Source: Amoeboradix gromovi X-113 (lineage: Eukaryota; Fungi; Sanchytriomycota). Taken from it: a stretch of 18,300 nucleotides of DNA. A program made the position numbers and the translations under genes. Location of the stretch: the NCBI GenBank assembly GCA_018985225.1, contig JADGIF010000129.1, positions 1 to 18,300 of the forward strand, given 5' to 3'. The notes under the pieces are model-generated. The model made no database searches. It was not told the origin of the DNA and worked only from the letters and a program-made list of their open reading frames with translations. Below, piece after piece: positions 15,121-18,300 of the stretch. Positions within the stretch are counted from its first letter, which is position 1, and each line of letters begins with the position of its first letter.

Positions 15121-16215
15121 ATGGATATCTACGTTTATGGATTTGCATTTGCGTACTCTTTAGAATGGCTTAGTAACTTACTTACTTTTGATGTGTATAA
15201 AGACAAATTGAGTCTTGAATTCCATGAGATGCTGACTCTGTCATGCTTTGGATCCATCAGTTCAGCGTTGGCTGCACATCTTGTACCAAAACTTAACAGA
15301 TTTTTATCATTAAAAACATTGTGCTTGTGCCAAATTTTAATGTATTTGTTGGGTTTAACTTTATTGAGTACGTCAACAGGCATAGCACTGCAGCTGTTGG
15401 CCAAGGTATTCTGTGGTTTTGGTTCAGGTATTTTGTTCTCATGCTACGACCTTTGGCTGTGTTTACACGTACAAACTAAATCTTTAAGTTATAAAAGCAT
15501 TGTCTCTTTTGCATTCTTTGTAAACAGCTTCTCCGCAGTGGTTCTAGGCATATTCTCTGATCTAATATCACAGTTCTACTGGTTGTTTGCGTGTGTAGCA
15601 TTTTTTACAGTTTCCAAATTTGAGAACCATCTTCCAGATTTAGAAAAGAAGTATGAGGATGGAACACGAACACCAACCATACAATCTCAGAGCAGCTTCT
15701 ATCCGTTACTATGCTGTCAGGTATGTTTTGAGTGCGCCATAACACTATTTGTTTATTCATGGCAAAATATCTACATCTTGTACAGCAACTATCTAAATCA
15801 ATCTAAAATGTTTTCTATCTTGATGCTAACTTCTGCTTTATCAAGTGTCTTGTGTAAATATCTTGAATACAAGCATTTAAAAGTTTTAATCCTCGTGTCA
15901 TTGGTGGCATTTTGTGTATTTTATTCAGTCCAAACGAAAGAGTTCATGTACATCGCATTTCTAACATTTGAATGCTGTATTGGTACCTTTTTCCCAATAG
16001 TGGGTGCGATACGAGAACAATGGTCTAACAAAATAAGAGCCAGATATCAGTCTTTATCACAGGTCTTAATAAACATAACCGTTGTAGTAGTAGTGCTTGT
16101 GTCGACGATCCTTAATTTCGATGAAAAGATGTTTATAACATTGCAAATTTTAGCATTAGCGGGTGCACTCTATTTTTCAATGCAGGTTGTTGCAGTTCAA
16201 GTAAAAAACTCTTAA
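15121..16215 (+). CDS. MFS transporter, divergent MFSD5/molybdate-anion transporter-like
   Basis: About 11-12 hydrophobic helices. GFGSGILFSCYDLW, CFECAITLFVYSW and AFLTFECCIGTFFPIVGAIR resemble MFSD5 motifs (LLFS.FE.W; FE..MY.FVFLW; AF..FE...G.YFP....LR). Confidence 0.72.
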   Translation: MDIYVYGFAFAYSLEWLSNLLTFDVYKDKLSLEFHEMLTLSCFGSISSALAAHLVPKLNRFLSLKTLCLCQILMYLLGLTLLSTSTGIALQLLAKVFCGFGSGILFSCYDLWLCLHVQTKSLSYKSIVSFAFFVNSFSAVVLGIFSDLISQFYWLFACVAFFTVSKFENHLPDLEKKYEDGTRTPTIQSQSSFYPLLCCQVCFECAITLFVYSWQNIYILYSNYLNQSKMFSILMLTSALSSVLCKYLEYKHLKVLILVSLVAFCVFYSVQTKEFMYIAFLTFECCIGTFFPIVGAIREQWSNKIRARYQSLSQVLINITVVVVVLVSTILNFDEKMFITLQILALAGALYFSMQVVAVQVKNS

Positions 16216-16290
16216 CACTATTTCTCTATCTTATTTAAACTCTCGATATCGCACGACTAGCCCATTTCATACTCGGCAATGTTAGAAAAG

Positions 16291-16363
16291 TTGAGATAAA
16301 ACGTAGTCTCGCTTTCTCAAGTGTTTATTAGTTTTAAGGCGATAAGGACTTTTAACTGAGAGC
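16291..16363 (+). repeat. Candidate scaffold 3' end downstream of the MFS gene
   Basis: AGGACTTTTAACT (16345-16357) is identical to 5361-5373 and is followed by GAGAGC. It is preceded by a TTGAGA...TCTCAA stem (16291-16320). Confidence 0.5.
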
Positions 16364-16649
16364 GGAAAATTATTTTTCATAGATGCTCAAATTTCATTAC
16401 GTGTAGGCGAAATAGTTTACTGCTAATCTCGTTCACATCATAATACAAGAACCAAAAGTATCATTAGCACTAGCAAATTCAAGTTAGCTGGATTTCATAC
16501 CATGACGTTATGTTGTGAGAAAGGCGTTTTCTCAGATATAAAATAAGGTGATAGCAAAATAACGTAAAATAAATTAATATACTACTGTAATTAGAGCTTT
16601 AAGTATGACTAAAAGGGCTATCGCAAGTTCATACAAAGAAAGTGTTGCA

Positions 16650-16884
16650 TACACTTGGAAGCTCGATTGTTTTCTTGAATAAATCAATCATCGAGAATTT
16701 GTAAGCATTTTATGTAATTTCATGACTTTTCCAAATAACTTAAATGGTAGATGTTCTTCCTTTTAGTAAATGGTAAATGGAATTAATGGATGTAATCCTG
16801 GATATGGGACACACACTACAATAAGCAGATAGAATTCAAATTTCCAAATTTTTGGTTTTTCTAAATCAGAATTTTGCAGAGAGT
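16650..16884 (+). repeat. Block A copy (16650-16778) followed by a very weak scaffold end (16863-16884)
   Basis: TTTTCTTGAATAAATCA...GAATTTGTA...GACTTTT...TTCTTCCTTTT..AAATGGTAAAT is shared with 5003-5121. AAATCAGAATTTTGCAGAGAGT resembles AAATCAGGACTTTTAACGAGGAGC. Confidence 0.75.
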
Positions 16885-17266
16885 TCAAAAATAATAGTCA
16901 CTAAGCTGTAGCATCATTATTCATTAAGATATAGCGCGTTAAAGGTTTTTAATGAAATTCGCTACAATAACTAGATAAATTTCAACGTATATACTAATTT
17001 GTTAAGATTCTGTATTTCTTTGTTTTTTTCTTATTCTTTTGTATTTTCAAATGAAAGATATATTTTTTTAAATAATTGTTGTTTTAACTCTTCTCAGATA
17101 TACTAGTTGTATACATAATAAATAGTATAATATAATTAAATCTCAACCACAAAATTACTGAATTCTGTGTTTGAAATTTATGGAAAAAAAGAGTACTGCA
17201 AAATACCCAACATGATTGCTATTACTATGTCAGTAGTAATTGTTATACTTTATAAGATAAAAACTT

Positions 17267-17855
17267 TTATTGAAATTTAATGGTTTTTACATAATCCCAA
17301 TTAAAACGAATACCAGATTTATAATGATCTTTAAAAATCAAGGTGATACCCATCCCTACAACAACTGCACCCAATGCAACTGGTGTAAAAGAGAATACCT
17401 GGGCAGCGCCTAAAACACCAACCGGTGGACCAAAACTTGTATAAAACTTCACTTGGTCTTCCACTGCTAGATTAATTATAAATTACCTTGGAAAACAATT
17501 TGGAATAATTATATCTCTATGCTTTCATTTTGTTCTAATTGATAACCTGACTCTAAAACAATTTGCGCAAGTAAAGTCACGCAAAAATGTTTACAATTAG
17601 AGTAATACCCGTAGTTGTTTGAGTAAAATGTTCCAAAATTCGATGAATTGATGTTTCCTGAATATCGGTAGGTGTCAAATCGCTTAATAATGTACCATCG
17701 ATTGGTTCTTCTGGAATTTCTGATAAAATATCATTATTTGTTCTACTACTGTAATCAAATTGGTAATATTTTCCATCAATTTCTAAAACTAAGGCAGTAT
17801 GATACGCTTCATATAAATCAGAAACGACTATCCAAATATTTTCAACTCTAACCAT
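17267..17855 (-). pseudogene. PPPDE/LRAT-like (permuted papain fold) peptidase with a C-terminal hydrophobic segment, disrupted
   Basis: YHTALVLEIDGKYYQFDY (catalytic His) is in one frame and YGYYSNCKHFC (catalytic Cys, NCKHFC at 17581-17598) in another. An in-frame TAA lies at 17509-17511, and a 20-nt intron joins the last exon in frame. Confidence 0.65.
17467..17486 (-). other. Candidate 20-nt intron GTAATTTATAATTAATCTAG (phase 1)
   Basis: AAG|GTAATT donor and CTAG acceptor. Removal links ...FQIVFQ to AVEDQVKF... (track ORF 17267..17464) in frame. Confidence 0.6.
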
Positions 17856-17903
17856 AAATACATACCTTTTTAATGTTTTTATATAATTTCTATATTACTT
17901 TGC

Positions 17904-18019
17904 CAAATGGGACACCAAATATAAAAACTAGACTAACTCGTTTTTAAAGAAGGTGCACCATACGGAGGAAATGCTATCATTAATAAAAGATCTTCTATTA
18001 TACCAATTTTGTTTCATTA
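17904..18019 (-). repeat. Dispersed block B, long copy
   Basis: Match to 10461-10570; reverse-complement match to 101-143 and 10878-10911. Confidence 0.85.
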
Positions 18020-18105
18020 CTCTTATCTATTTCATTCTCACAGACACTACATTTCTTTGATAATCTATGGACAGTCTCCCTGGCTCTTGTCTTGCTGAAC
18101 TACCC

Positions 18106-18222
18106 TATTATGAATCAGTATTATGAATCAGTATTATGAATCAGTACTATGAATTAGTATTATGAATCAGTATTATGAATTAGTACTATGAATCAGTATT
18201 ATGAATCAGTATTATGAATCAG
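18106..18222. repeat. Minisatellite, 9 x 13 bp TAYTATGAATYAG
   Basis: Nine head-to-tail units; 6 are perfect TATTATGAATCAG and 3 carry C/T variants. No spacers. Confidence 0.97.
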
Positions 18223-18223
18223 A

Positions 18224-18247
18224 GGTTTATTTGAAATAAAGATTGGA
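18224..18247 (-). repeat. Element end motif (candidate terminal inverted repeat)
   Basis: GGTTTATTTGAAA (18224-18236) is the exact reverse complement of 4916-4928. Similarity continues as TAAAGATTGGA~ACAGACTGCGA. Confidence 0.55.
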
Positions 18248-18300
18248 TGAAAGAGTAAGAGAATAGCTGTACAGAATATTTATTTTTGAAATTTCGATAC

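Noticed and set aside
14810-16363. MFS gene as element cargo (scaffold end downstream, faint CGTAATCTGCTACAATCAC upstream)
   Set aside because: The upstream match is too weak, and an MFSD5-like gene is more plausibly a resident gene.
16516-16534. Hairpin TGAGAAA-GGCGT-TTTCTCA
   Set aside because: An isolated 7-bp AT-rich stem is expected by chance and has no supporting context.
17848-17865. 18-nt intron candidate GTATGTATTTATGGTTAG over the peptidase start codon
   Set aside because: The donor is good, but the upstream frame meets a TAA and no start codon or homology supports an upstream exon.
18106-18222. CRISPR array
   Set aside because: The 13-bp units are head-to-tail with no unique spacers, in a eukaryotic context without cas genes.

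Overview
Very compact, AT-rich eukaryotic genomic DNA in the standard genetic code. The gene set fits an early-diverging fungus or a close relative, but the species cannot be named from the sequence. Housekeeping genes (PDA1, VPS33, KAE1, mitochondrial uL10, cystathionine beta-lyase, INTS11, an MFSD5-like transporter) are packed with gaps as short as 37-67 bp, and PDA1 has a 19-nt GT-AG intron. Most longer intergenic spaces hold pieces of one decayed mobile element family that the ORF track does not show. Four loci preserve the C-terminus of a Fanzor/TnpB-type RNA-guided nuclease (reconstructed consensus about LVECDKAFTSxPCTRCGTLKKTNLETxTCTKCHLKIDRDHMAARNIYIRYL). Each is followed by a conserved, structured 120-150-nt segment ending in about AGGACTTTTAACNAGGAGY, a candidate omega-RNA scaffold; 4 clear and 4-6 weaker copies were seen. 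Two further dispersed blocks (A and B) and a ~28-bp end motif present in inverted orientation appear to belong to the same element. By-eye alignments suggest that some copies enclose cargo ORFs: an ankyrin-repeat protein, a membrane-RGS protein and a PPPDE-like peptidase pseudogene. No intact Fanzor or transposase ORF is in the window. All alignments were made by eye, so the degenerate copies and element boundaries are tentative.
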